A stretch of 64,000 nucleotides of DNA from contig NW_003314272.1 of the NCBI RefSeq assembly GCF_000143415.4, forward strand, positions 2,009,728 through 2,073,727, given 5' to 3'. Numbering within the stretch: the stretch's first letter is position 1; the number at the start of each line of letters is the position of its first letter. Shown piece after piece: positions 54,201 through 64,000 of the stretch. Below the pieces are notes generated by a model. The model was not told the origin of the DNA, ran no database searches, and was given only the letters and a program-made list of their open reading frames with translations. A program made the translations under genes and the position numbers. This stretch comes from Selaginella moellendorffii (taxonomy: Eukaryota; Plantae; Lycopodiophyta).

Positions 54201-55498
54201 GGTTCACAGAATATCACGTCGACCTCGAGGTAAGCAAAAGTGAATTTTACAAACTAAAGGTGGTAATACATGTTTTTTGCAGCAATGACTATTGGTAGTA
54301 ATTTCATTCCAGCTCGACGAGATGCTCGTGAAGAGGAGTTGGAGGAACTCTCATCGACAACACGCCATATGACGGTATCATACTATTTATTACTTTTTTC
54401 ATTCACTTAGCTCTTTTATAGGTCCGTCCTGTGTCCCCAATAACACAACGAGGCATTGTGGGTATCTTTATTAGCTCTTACAGTAGATCATTGACATCTT
54501 TCACGGAAGATGACATCAACATGGATATACACCGCTAGTTCAACCGTTGGTGCCGAAAGATACAAAGGCCCGTGCTCCTAGTTGCGGACTTCATTCTCTT
54601 CGACTTTCCAGATGGTCTTTCAGATATCGATGGGAAAGTTGAGGATTGGAACTTTCTCACACCTGACCACTTGCGCAATGCATTCCTATTGTCCGAAGTA
54701 CTTATGCTCGAAGCTGGCGATGTTGTCTTCATCCTACCGAACGACCCCAACTGGATGTATGAGCTTAATATGACGTGCGCAGCAGAAGTTCATTTCAAGT
54801 CATTCTCTTCCGGGTGCATTATGGATCCTATTGGCGTTGATACGAGGGGCGTCCAAGGGAAGCCTGAAAAGGTGAGTATGTATTTTATATTTTTATCTAA
54901 TTTCTAAACATTTTTATTTTCCAAGTTATGATGTGGACCTATCATGCCTTCTGCAGAAACACACATGATGGGTTTCGTGATAGCGAATGTGCAGCACGTG
55001 TTTTTCCTGGGTACGACAGTTCCACTAACATCATACCCAACCTTGTGGATGAGCAGATCCGCAACACGTTTCCAGGGTACCGATTCCGAACTCCATCAGC
55101 AATGCAAGTCTTGCTTGAGCTCTATTGCCCACCAGATGGTATTGTGATTGATTGCACAGCAGGTAGTGGTTCTATGGTGGAGGCAGCACGTGACTCTGGT
55201 AGGTCGGTGTTTGCTATTGAAGAACATCATTTCTTCAAACGCCGGCTCAGAGGATTTCGTGAGTTGCCTTCAACCTCAAGGAGGTAAATTATGTTTTATT
55301 AAAATTTCAATATATATTTCATTCTATTTTATAGATCACAGTCACCTGGAGTTTCTAGAATTGGAGGCTTTCGAAGTCTCCTTGACTATGCAGAAGCCAT
55401 GGCTCAACATATGCAAGGTGAATCTTCCCCACAATACCACTATAGGAAGAAGTATAAATGAAATCATTATGTTGATGATGAGGCAGAAGAAAGTTAAT
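51255..55498 (+). pseudogene. MULE cargo gene: Pro-rich N-terminus, ParB/Srx-like domain and beta-class N6-adenine/N4-cytosine DNA methyltransferase domain; multi-exon, with stops and frameshifts
   Basis: Exon 1 ATG CCA CCA AGG|gtgagt joins in phase to KRKIV at 51884; polyproline 52016-52240; EIPLCRL..FQIVDGNHRYGAW (DGNHR 52706-52720); ADFILFDFPDG (motif IV-like, 54602-54616); RTPSAMQVLLELYCPPDGIVIDCTAGSGSMVEAARDSGRSVFAIE (motifs X-I-II, 55087-55220). 3' end approximate. Confidence 0.75.
51405..51839. other. Assembly gap (435 N) inside the first intron of the cargo gene
   Basis: Run of N. Confidence 0.99.
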
Positions 55499-55944
55499 TG
55501 CATCCTTACATAAAATGGAAAGCTTGTTATATATTAGATGTCAGTGAAAGTGTCAGATGTCAGTAAAACTGTCAGATGTCAGTGTCAGTGTCAGATACCA
55601 TAATTATAGATTATCATTCTCACCTGTCACCATCACTTTGTAGCGTTTGTGTGTTGCCATCTCCTCCTTCAACATTTTGTAAACAATTGTCTGTGATATG
55701 ATAGCACCTTCTAGAACAAGGTATGTTACCTACAACTAATATCATTTTATTATATTTTTTCTTTTAATAGTGACAATACTATAGTATAGTAAAGTAATTC
55801 TAGATCTTACATTCCACTATAGGGTGGCCTAAAAACCCCATATTTTGCACTAGCCAATGTAGTGTTTCCCAAGGGGATGTTGTTCCTCACCATGAAGCGA
55901 TAGTGGGTATGAGTCTGTAACTCATTCTTGAATCTATTGTACAT

Positions 55945-56352
55945 CTATATATGCACATTTTCCAGACCTGCCATTGGGCAATTCTTACAGTGCTTAAGAA
56001 AAGTTTGTAAACCCATAGAGCCATTTGTCTTGTCCAAAAAAAAGTAGCATATTGGACACCGAATGTAATAGCGTTCTGTGCTTTCAAGTAGTCTTGCCAT
56101 GTCAGGAGCAAGATCTTGCAAGAACATGTGGCATTGCTCTTGAAGCGCTAAAGGCAATCCCTCTCTAGTAGCAAGATCCGGAATTTCACATATAGAGAGC
56201 TCTAATTCAGCTTCACTAGAGCCCTCAGTAGAAAAAGGATTGTTATGTAGAGGTGAAGGTGGAATGTTAGTAGAACTTGGGGATGGAGGTGGAGATTGAT
56301 ATGAAATGCTAGGGGGCCAAGTACGATTAGCAATGGGTTTCCTTTGAGCCAT
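55945..56352 (-). CDS. MULE cargo small Pro/Ser-rich zinc-finger-like ORF (135 aa)
   Basis: ATG-initiated ORF inside the TIRs, with CPIC-x18-HCKNC; tataaa-like sequence (reverse of tttata) about 60 bp upstream. Confidence 0.55.
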   Translation of the reverse strand: MAQRKPIANRTWPPSISYQSPPPSPSSTNIPPSPLHNNPFSTEGSSEAELELSICEIPDLATREGLPLALQEQCHMFLQDLAPDMARLLESTERYYIRCPICYFFLDKTNGSMGLQTFLKHCKNCPMAGLENVHI

Positions 56353-57003
56353 TTCACTAAGGAGCTCAAGGAGAACAAAAAGCCTACAATGACTGTAACT
56401 TTTCTAGATAGTTTATATACTAAGTTTTAGTCTTGGGAATGAGGTTTATTTATTATGACACTGACAATACTCAGATTCTTGGGAATGAGGTTTATTTATT
56501 ATGACACTAACAATACTCAGATTCTTTAAATGTTAGTCTTGGAAATGGGGCTTCATAATAATAGCTTTTTTGTAAACATAAGAGCTTCTAGAATTTTAGA
56601 TTATCGTGTATACACATGCTCTATCATTATGATGAATCCTACTTTGCAACACATATATTCTTTTCTACACATGCCAAATGTCTACGGAAATAAATTGCAA
56701 GGAAATATAGACCACATTATAGTGGTAGAGCACGTTGGCACGCTACCATTCTCTTATGTGAGATTGCCTTTTAGTCTTGGAAATGTAGATAAAGTTGATT
56801 CTTTGATGTGATATTACTTTTGAGTCTTTCGAAGATTTTGATTTCTTTTATCATTATTTACAACAATTCCCAAAAACTTTTAATGAGGATTCACTGCAAA
56901 ATATACCTTGGTCTTATCATATGAGAGGATTGCGATATAAGCAAGCAATAGAGTTTTTAATATGAATTAATATATAAATTACAAATGTCATGGAAAGTTT
57001 TAT

Positions 57004-57598
57004 TGTAAGCTCCTGAATTTGGATTTCCCGGGAGGTCACCCAGCCCAGTACTATTCAAACCCAAGGACGCTTAACTCCAACTATACCAAGACCCTTAACC
57101 AATTGGAAAAGGGGGTGCACTCTTATTCATGGGCCCTTTCCCTCTATATTTGAACCCCAATGGATCGTCTCTCGAGTCATTCCCTTTAGTTGCTTACAAT
57201 CCACCACGCTTCCCTGCAAGTTCACGCCCTCGTGAACGGAAGCTGAGAGCCGCAGCTCTCCCGAGAGCCCCGCTCTCTTGACACCCTACCCCTCGGGTCG
57301 AGCCCAGCGGGAGCAAACTGGACCAGCCAGATGTCAATCAACATGTGGTGTGATTCCCTTAGCCAACTAACAGAGTCGGATCCGAGACCTCTCTGATACC
57401 AAATGTAAGCTCCTGAATTTGGATTTCCCGGGAGGTCACCCAACCCAGTACTATTCAAACCCAAGGACGCTTAACTCCAACTATCCCAAGACCCTTAACC
57501 AATTGGAAAAGGGGGTGCACTCTTATTCATGGGCCCTTTCCCTCTATATTTGAACCCCAATGGATCGTCTCTCGAGTCGTTCCCTTTAGTTGCTTACA
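57004..57598 (-). mobile_element. Cassandra-type TRIM retrotransposon with 5S rRNA-like sequence in its LTRs
   Basis: Two 195-bp LTRs (57004-57198, 57404-57598; TG..CA; 3 mismatches); 5-bp TSD TTTAT; minus-strand Met-tRNA PBS TGGTATCAGAG (57391-57401); purine tract next to the other LTR. LTR reverse complement AGTTAAGCGTCCTTGGGTTTGAATAGTACTGGGCTGGGTGACCTCCCGGGA resembles the 5S rRNA A-box/IE/C-box region. Confidence 0.93.
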
Positions 57599-60163
57599 TT
57601 TATGGAGTAGATTTTTTGGTGCTTTCTGCTGTGCTGTTCATTTCTTCATTTCTCTTGCTCTGGACTGTTGTTTCAGAAGTAACAGGAGCATTTTTATCAA
57701 TTGTGATAGTGGTCTCCACATTCCTAGATGGGTAATAAGGACCAGGAGTGTAATATGGAGATTGTGGTAGTGAAACAAAATTAACATTCTCACATTCCTT
57801 TGCACTACAACTCTTACTCATAGATCTTGTATTTTCCTTGCTTCCCATCTTCTCAAGAACCCTAAAAAATCTTCTGAATGAAGGAATAATATCTACAGCT
57901 GTAAAATTATTCAAAATATTAAGTAGTCAAATCAAATATGACAGCTGTAACAGTTGTCATAATAAAATAATATAGTTTTATAAAAGATAGGTTCTCATGA
58001 ACTTTGTCTTTTTTAAACAATTCAATCTTATAGAAACTTTTAACTTAGATATTTACGTATTTTAATATTTTAAAGTTTGCTAGAACCTTCATTTGTTCAA
58101 TTTAGATCTCCTTTGTAATATTTCTTATTGACTATGTTGACTTGAGTTGACTTGTGTTGAATTGAGCTCAACTCATGAGCTCAACTCAACTTTGGACCAT
58201 CCCCGTTCTGGTAGGGTGCTCACAAGTCTATTTCTGACTACATCACCCGGTTTTGCATACTAGAAGTAGTGTTGGGATCACAGAGTGGTCCAAGATGAGC
58301 AATAGGGGATCACAGCATTCACAGTGGGTCTGTGTGAGAACTTGTAGTGGAATCTTCTTAAGAAGACGTTTAGGTTTTGCCGCGAGGCATTTTCGTTTGC
58401 CACGAAGCTAGAAAGAGAGCTTCTTGTCAACCTGGGGATTGCTAGAGTTGATTTCGACCAAGCCATCACCCCATCAAAGTCACCTTGTGCAACTGTTTGC
58501 CTGTCCACACCAAAGCTCATTTCTATTGAGCATACACCTCTGGCTATTGAGAACTTTGCTAACGAGATGCGGCAGTTGAAGGAGATCATTCTTCAGCAAC
58601 AATCACACCATGACAAGCTACTCTAGGAGCTGGTGGAGTCTAGGAAAGAGGCTACTGCAGCTCGGGAATGCAAATTTAAGTCACATTGTTGCACTCTTTG
58701 CGAGACAAGCACACACAACACATAGTGCTGCTTTAAGCTTCACCAAGAGCTTCGGCCTCCACTTTCTCAATGTGTCCAACAATGTCCCTTCGCTGACAAT
58801 TCCACATTGTCTCGGGGTCCAAAGACATATCAGGAGCAATTGGAGCAATAAGCAATTGAGAAAGCCCCATCATCAATCAAAGGCAAGGCACCAGCATCAT
58901 TGGTCAACACGATTTTGGTAGTCGAGGAACTCTATAGAGAACAATAGCAAACAACAGGCACTCGAGCCCAAGCAAAGAAGAAGGCAGCCATTCAGCTTGG
59001 CATTGATCCCCCGATATCGATTGAGAGTGAATCTTTGTCAGCACCAAATCTAGTGACATAGAGGGTGGCTTGTAAGCTCCCCTTCAAGTCACTACTCTCT
59101 TCTCCTCCTGAGATCTCACCAATAGCTATTCCTGTTCCAAAGCTAGTTCTTCAATAGCTAGTTGACATTCTTGTCACCTTTTTGCTTCGAGACACGTTGT
59201 GACTTGTCCTGGGATTTGGCCAGTGTTTAGAGGAGTTTGCACAATTAGGAACACCAGAGAACACTCTAAAGAGGACTCCTCAAGAGGTGCATATTGTTGA
59301 CATGATAAGATATGGTGGAGATCCTGGTCCATTCTTCGTCCCGGTGCAGATTGGTACTTCCTCTTGCAATATGGATATTTTGGTTGACTCCGGTTTTGGA
59401 AGCAACATTATCTCTCTTGAAATTGCCCTTTCAGCACAACTACAGATCATTGAGAGCTCCCCCATCGTGCTCAAGGCCTTAGCTAACCACACTATTCCTC
59501 CAGTGGGCAATTGCTGTGGTGTCAAGGTCTCAGTGCAAGGTGTTATTTTTGAGGTAGATTTCCTTGTGGTTAACTACTAATGTCTTGGAACGTCCTCTTT
59601 GAAGGACTCTATCATCCTTGGGGGCGCGGACCATACTTGAGCTCATGAGTTGAAGAGTTGAGCTCACGAGTTGAGCTCAATTTTCAATTGTAATTTAGTA
59701 CAAATATTATAAATTTTAAAATTTTAAGGTTATGGCGAACCTAATAATTTAATAACTCTCTATATATTATATAGATAAAAATGTTCTAAAGAACACATTT
59801 GGTTCTAATAATTTAAATATTTACTACATGCAATGATAGGGACATTTGTTAGAACATAAAATAAAATGTTTGAAAAAAGTGTATTCTTGTCACTTCTTTA
59901 AATTTGTACTCTATGCTTTTTGGCTAGTAAATGTTAGGTTTGTCAGAATTAAAAAATTATTAAATTTGAAATAAGATTCTATGTGAAGCCATATAACCGT
60001 TTGAAAGGAAAAAAAATAACCGTTGATGTAAGCTTATTGCATATAAAAGAAAGACTTGGTTCTTTGTAGAATACATTCTTGAGGGGTTTGTCGTAGCATA
60101 CTGTCTAGAATTTATAGATCTTCATTCACACTCTCATTCGAAAAAAGGGAAATACACCCACAA

Positions 60164-60616
60164 ATGTCTATGGGTTCTAGTGTTGGTAATTTTAACTCTC
60201 ACAATCTTTCTTCCCAGGGCTCAAGGGTTAGGAGATGCAATAACTATCCCATTGCACAGCATAACCAAATCACACAAGAGAATGAAAGAGAGGATAGTGA
60301 GGATAGTGATCATGAGTTGGAGATAAATGCAATGACAGAGGGTGCAACAAATTGGGTGAAAAAGAATACCCTTTTACTTGTTTTAGAAAAATGCAATTCT
60401 GCCACTTTCAAGAAGTGCCCCATATGTTTTCTAGCGTCTGGTGGAAACAATGGCAATGATCAGTATGATGGTATATATGCTCTTGCGACACACTGCAACA
60501 TCATGCACCCGAAAGACTACCATGAAATCTTTTTTGAGATGGTAAAGACAGAAATGGAGACACACGAGTACTATGGGCAGTATTGCGAGAAGAACACTCG
60601 GAAGCATATAAAATGA
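60164..60616 (+). CDS. MULE cargo small zinc-finger protein (150 aa), intact in copy 2
   Basis: ATG-to-stop ORF with acidic patch and CPIC..YDGIYALATHC..H..YH; tataaa about 60 bp upstream; converges on the transposase 3' end. Confidence 0.7.
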   Translation: MSMGSSVGNFNSHNLSSQGSRVRRCNNYPIAQHNQITQENEREDSEDSDHELEINAMTEGATNWVKKNTLLLVLEKCNSATFKKCPICFLASGGNNGNDQYDGIYALATHCNIMHPKDYHEIFFEMVKTEMETHEYYGQYCEKNTRKHIK

Positions 60617-60707
60617 AAAGTGAAATGAAAAAGCACATTTGTATTAATTATATAAAGTATAATAAGTTTTATTGATAGAGAATAAACATCGATAGTGTTG
60701 GAGAAAT

Positions 60708-63700
60708 CTAATTAGCTCCAAAAGTTTTTTGCAACTCAGCAATAGTAAGGCTTGCTTGGTGTATATGAATATCCACTTTAGGATCCTGGTACAAGATGTT
60801 GATGAAGATGTAGTACATATGCTTGCAAGGAGCATATGCCTTCCCATGTTCCTCGCGCTTCATAAAGTCTGGACATGTGCAAGAAGGAAAGTCGTGAATG
60901 GCAATTGTGTACTCTCCACCTTCTGTTTTGACTATGTACTCCTTTGCAAGCGCAGTGATGTACTTCGTGGAGAGAATCTCATACTCAAGTGTTTGAGCCA
61001 AGTTTATTTTACCTTGCTTCTGCTTGGAGACGGTACTAATAAATTTAACTGCTTTACCTTTTCGTGCTGGCCTCCTGTGCATCTCTGTAGGAATAGTCCT
61101 GCTCCTGTCACTCATGTCTCCAACTCTCCTCTCAAGATTAAAACCAGATTTCTCAAGGTTTTCAATCTCATCCGAGGTGAGCGCGACCCCATTAGCAACC
61201 GGCCATTCTTTAGGTACTGCATCAGGTTTAGTCATTATAGTGTCTTCAAGCTGCTTCGTATGGTTGGCGTCAGTGTTGCAACAATATAGCCAGCACCATC
61301 TTGAAAATCCTGCTTGCTTTCGTTCCCCATAGAAACATGGGGCTGGAACAGAAGCAGATTTTTCACCACGAATCCAGGCCCAACACTTGCCCCTCGGAAG
61401 CATCCCCACACACCTTACATTTGATTTTGCTGGCACACGTCGGATTGCCCATTGCTTCGGCTCCACACTATGGTAAGCAATTTCAACCTGTTGCGATGCA
61501 CTCTCTTCATCAGCCACTTGAGGTGGCTCAGTCCGAGAGCGGTGTCTTGGAGCAGAATGGTACTCGACATCAGGCCTGTGGGAGCTTTTTGCTCCAAGGT
61601 CCGTACCAACATCTTCCCCAGCAAAGGAAAAACGACGCTTTGAGCGAACAGTCTTCATATCACCAATAGAAGCTCGGGGAGTGTACTCCATAGATGTGCC
61701 ACGGACCACTTCCTCAACTGCAGTTGCCACTGTTCGGGCGGGTGGAGTTAATTTTCTCTTCATCCTATCATGTAACATCTCCACAGAAGGCCCTGTTCCC
61801 ATATATCTTCCTTCCTCGAATGCCAGTGCTTTTGAAGATTGCTCTATAGCACGTATCAAATCTGATAGACAGGCTTCGTATAGACTCATCTTCCCTTTCC
61901 CTGCCTCAGAGGAACGCCAACTCCAATGCTTACTTTCGGAGAGATTCACAGTTGGGGTGTATGCGAGGTCCTCAAGTGGTTGATCCTAATGGAAAAGGCA
62001 ATATTAAAAGGTAATAAAAGGAGAAGAAAAAATATAAACCAACCTGAAAAGAGTGATGTCCCCATTGGAACATCCTAACTTCCCACCATCCTAACCATGA
62101 CTCAAGTTGTGGTAGGCAACTTACGTCTGTATGGCCATCTTCACGCCACCACATTCAGATCTCATTTGCTTTTGCCTCATGCTCTTCTTCAGAAGGTGCA
62201 ACCTGCCATTGTTTGCACAACTCCTTAAATATTGATTGAAACTCTGGCTTGATAAGGTGGCAGTGCTGGTTTAGGCTTTGAGCCCAATGGAACTCACAAG
62301 TCCTCTCACGACCTTCCAATGGTTGACCATTCCCAAAAACTGCTCGGATACCATTCCAATTTGCACCAGCCCCATCTGCCATGAAACCACGAAAGTTTGC
62401 AGGCTTACCAGTCCGCTTTAGGACAATATCAGAGAGGGACTTCCAAAATATTTCCTGTGCTGTCTGGTCTTGTACTTTAAACTCTGCTGTCGCAATTGTT
62501 AAATTACAACGTAGCCTATGAAAACATAAATATTATAACAATTTCAATATAATGAGAATAAAAATTACCTTGGATCATACACATGAGCTCCCATGGTTGT
62601 CCAACCGGATACACGCTCCATATGGTCAAAATGTACCCATGCATTTGCAAGGTCACTGGACCCAAACATGTCCATTCGGGAGACAAGATCTACGCCAGAG
62701 GCAGGGCCCATGGTAGACATTTTGAAGACGAAGGGGCGCTCTTGCTCATTCACAACTTGGTCTGGAAACAAACTTCCGTGGATGAACTCGTATGGACAAG
62801 TCCGTTTCAATGCAAGGATAGAGTCAATTTTTGATTGCAACTTCCCCTCTCGAGATTCACACATCCAAGATTTTATCCTAAACAATATAATGTAAGAAAA
62901 AATTATTATTATAACGTATGAAAAATAACAAATGTACCTCCTTAGGCTAGTAGCAGGTTGTACTCCTCGTAGTAAGTCCCGCAAGCTAGCCTCGTTTAGT
63001 TGAGTCTTTTGGCAACCTGGATTGAGTAAGGTATTTGCGATAAAATCCTTGAGGACGGTCTTCTGAACATGCTTCGGAGTTGCAGATGAGTTTCTCATAG
63101 TCTCTTCCTGTACAACATCTTTGAAACGGTTGAGAGAACTCCTTTGTATCCCTTCCTGCATTGGATGCATATGTGTGCCAACATGCACTGCAGCTCTTCC
63201 AGCCACTCCATCCCGTGGAAGAAAGTAGTACATCTTGGCATCGCAGATAGCACGACATAGAGGAGCATTTTGCAGAATCGACATTTGAATCCAACAGCAA
63301 TGGTGTCACAGGCTGGAGGATTGACTGCAGACCCTTCGAAAAAGATAGAGTTTCTAGAGCGGTCTCGATTGCATGCTTCATCCACACAATCTAAATGCCC
63401 GCCACAATGAACTATAGACACTGTGCCTTCAAAATGTTGGAAGTGTGTGGTCTTGATCTTGCACCAATTGTGGATATCCTGCTTGGTTTCCATCCCCTTC
63501 CGTTTGGAACCTGTGCTACTGACAAGAGGTGGTAGCTCGAAGAAAATGTTGCCGTTGTAGGAGGATGGAAGCTCACTCACAAGCCTATACAAAAATAAGT
63601 GCATGTCGATTGAGAGGCGTGAAAACTGGAAAGCATTGCTAACGGCTTTGAATATTGCTGAAGTTGGAGCTGGAGCTGGTGAATTTGGCGCCGACACTAG

Positions 63701-64000
63701 CATGACATCTTCACTTGAACTAGAAGAGGACGAGAGGATAACGACTGACTCTTGCTTCACATTCACTTTCGCTGAAGCGCATTTTGGCATTTTGACTGGA
63801 GATCCAAACACTCGAATCTCCTTCGACTTGGAATTTTGTAAATCCCATTGTTGTCCACCCTCGCCCACACCAGAAAGAAGAAACTCCGAGTATGCAACTA
63901 TACCGGTGTCGTTGCGGATCACAGCCTCTAAAGAAATAGAGCCAAGACGAAGATCAAAATGCCGACATAAAAAACTTTCAGAAACAATACTCTGAGAGAA
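60708..64000 (-). pseudogene. MULE transposase, copy 2 (5' end outside window; small frameshifts)
   Basis: Same GCM-like, WVHFDH, FMADG, CEFH, NLSES and SWIM motifs; short deletions relative to copy 1 near 62150 and 63265. Confidence 0.85.

Larger units (their letters stand above)
45697..58203 (-). mobile_element. Complete ~12.5-kb Mutator-like (MULE) DNA transposon, copy 1, with cargo genes
   Basis: Ends GGGCGCGGACCATACTTGAGCTCATGAGTTG.. and ..CTCAACTCATGAGCTCAACTCAACTTTGGACCATCCC form imperfect TIRs with TGAGCTCA palindromes. Flanks cgttctggc (45688-45696) and cgttctggt (58204-58212) form a 9-bp TSD with one transition. The host gag continues across the insertion. Confidence 0.9.
45372..59621 (+). 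mobile_element. Degenerate Ty3/Gypsy-like retrotransposon gag-protease region, split by two MULE insertions (host pieces 45372-45696 and 58204-59621)
   Basis: Gag 'CRDFLQSLEGKKATWVDSL..FRECFIEE' resumes after the MULE as 'GAHKSISDYITRF'; Cys/His knuckle relic near 58680 (CTLCETSTHNT*CC); aspartic protease 'FFVPVQIG..DILVDSGFGSNIIS..VDFLV..SIILG'. Confidence 0.8.
59622..64000 (-). mobile_element. Second copy of the same MULE, same orientation, running off the window end
   Basis: Starts with the same GGGCGCGGACCATACTTGAGCTCATGAG terminus and is colinear and highly similar to 45697-50040. The left flank differs (catccttgg), so it is an independent insertion. Confidence 0.92.

Noticed and set aside
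51255-55498. Bacterial contamination as the source of the ParB-MTase
   Set aside because: The gene has GT-AG introns and lies inside a TSD-flanked element nested in plant retrotransposon sequence.
57025-57080. 5S rRNA gene
   Set aside because: Only the internal promoter part is present, twice, inside LTRs: a Cassandra feature rather than an rRNA gene.
45697-58204. Zisupton/KDZ or hAT classification (8-bp TSD reading gttctggy)
   Set aside because: The boundary is ambiguous by one base, but the D..D-CxxH..E plus SWIM layout and a 9-bp TSD fit Mutator better; a phylogeny is needed to settle it.

Overview
Eukaryotic plant DNA. Very short introns, tight gene packing, a flagellar radial-spoke gene and an intronless PLS-type PPR gene point to a seed-free vascular plant, most likely the lycophyte Selaginella (inference). 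Bases 1-34.1 kb are gene-dense. They hold TAF1 (5' part), a PLS-E PPR gene, acetyl-CoA acetyltransferase, a cytochrome-b5-fused desaturase, a receptor-kinase relic, three HMA/HIPP genes, a SAM methyltransferase, ODR4-like, RSP3, a class I RSL bHLH, a SIAMESE-related CDK inhibitor and organellar MDAR with an adjacent partial pseudocopy. From about 35 kb the window is a nested transposon block with decayed MULE and Copia relics, a hairpin tandem array and a Gypsy-like element. The Gypsy-like element carries two same-orientation insertions of one Mutator-like DNA transposon family. The complete copy (45697-58203, 9-bp TSD) encodes a GCM-like/DDE/SWIM transposase. It also carries a divergently transcribed, intron-containing gene with a ParB-like (DGNHR) domain and a prokaryote-type beta-class amino (N6-adenine/N4-cytosine) DNA methyltransferase domain, plus two small zinc-finger ORFs and clustered short motifs. 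This transposon-borne ParB-MTase cassette is the most interesting system here, although this copy is disrupted. A 5S-rRNA-bearing Cassandra TRIM is nested inside it. Domain calls come from motif recognition by eye; no database search was run.
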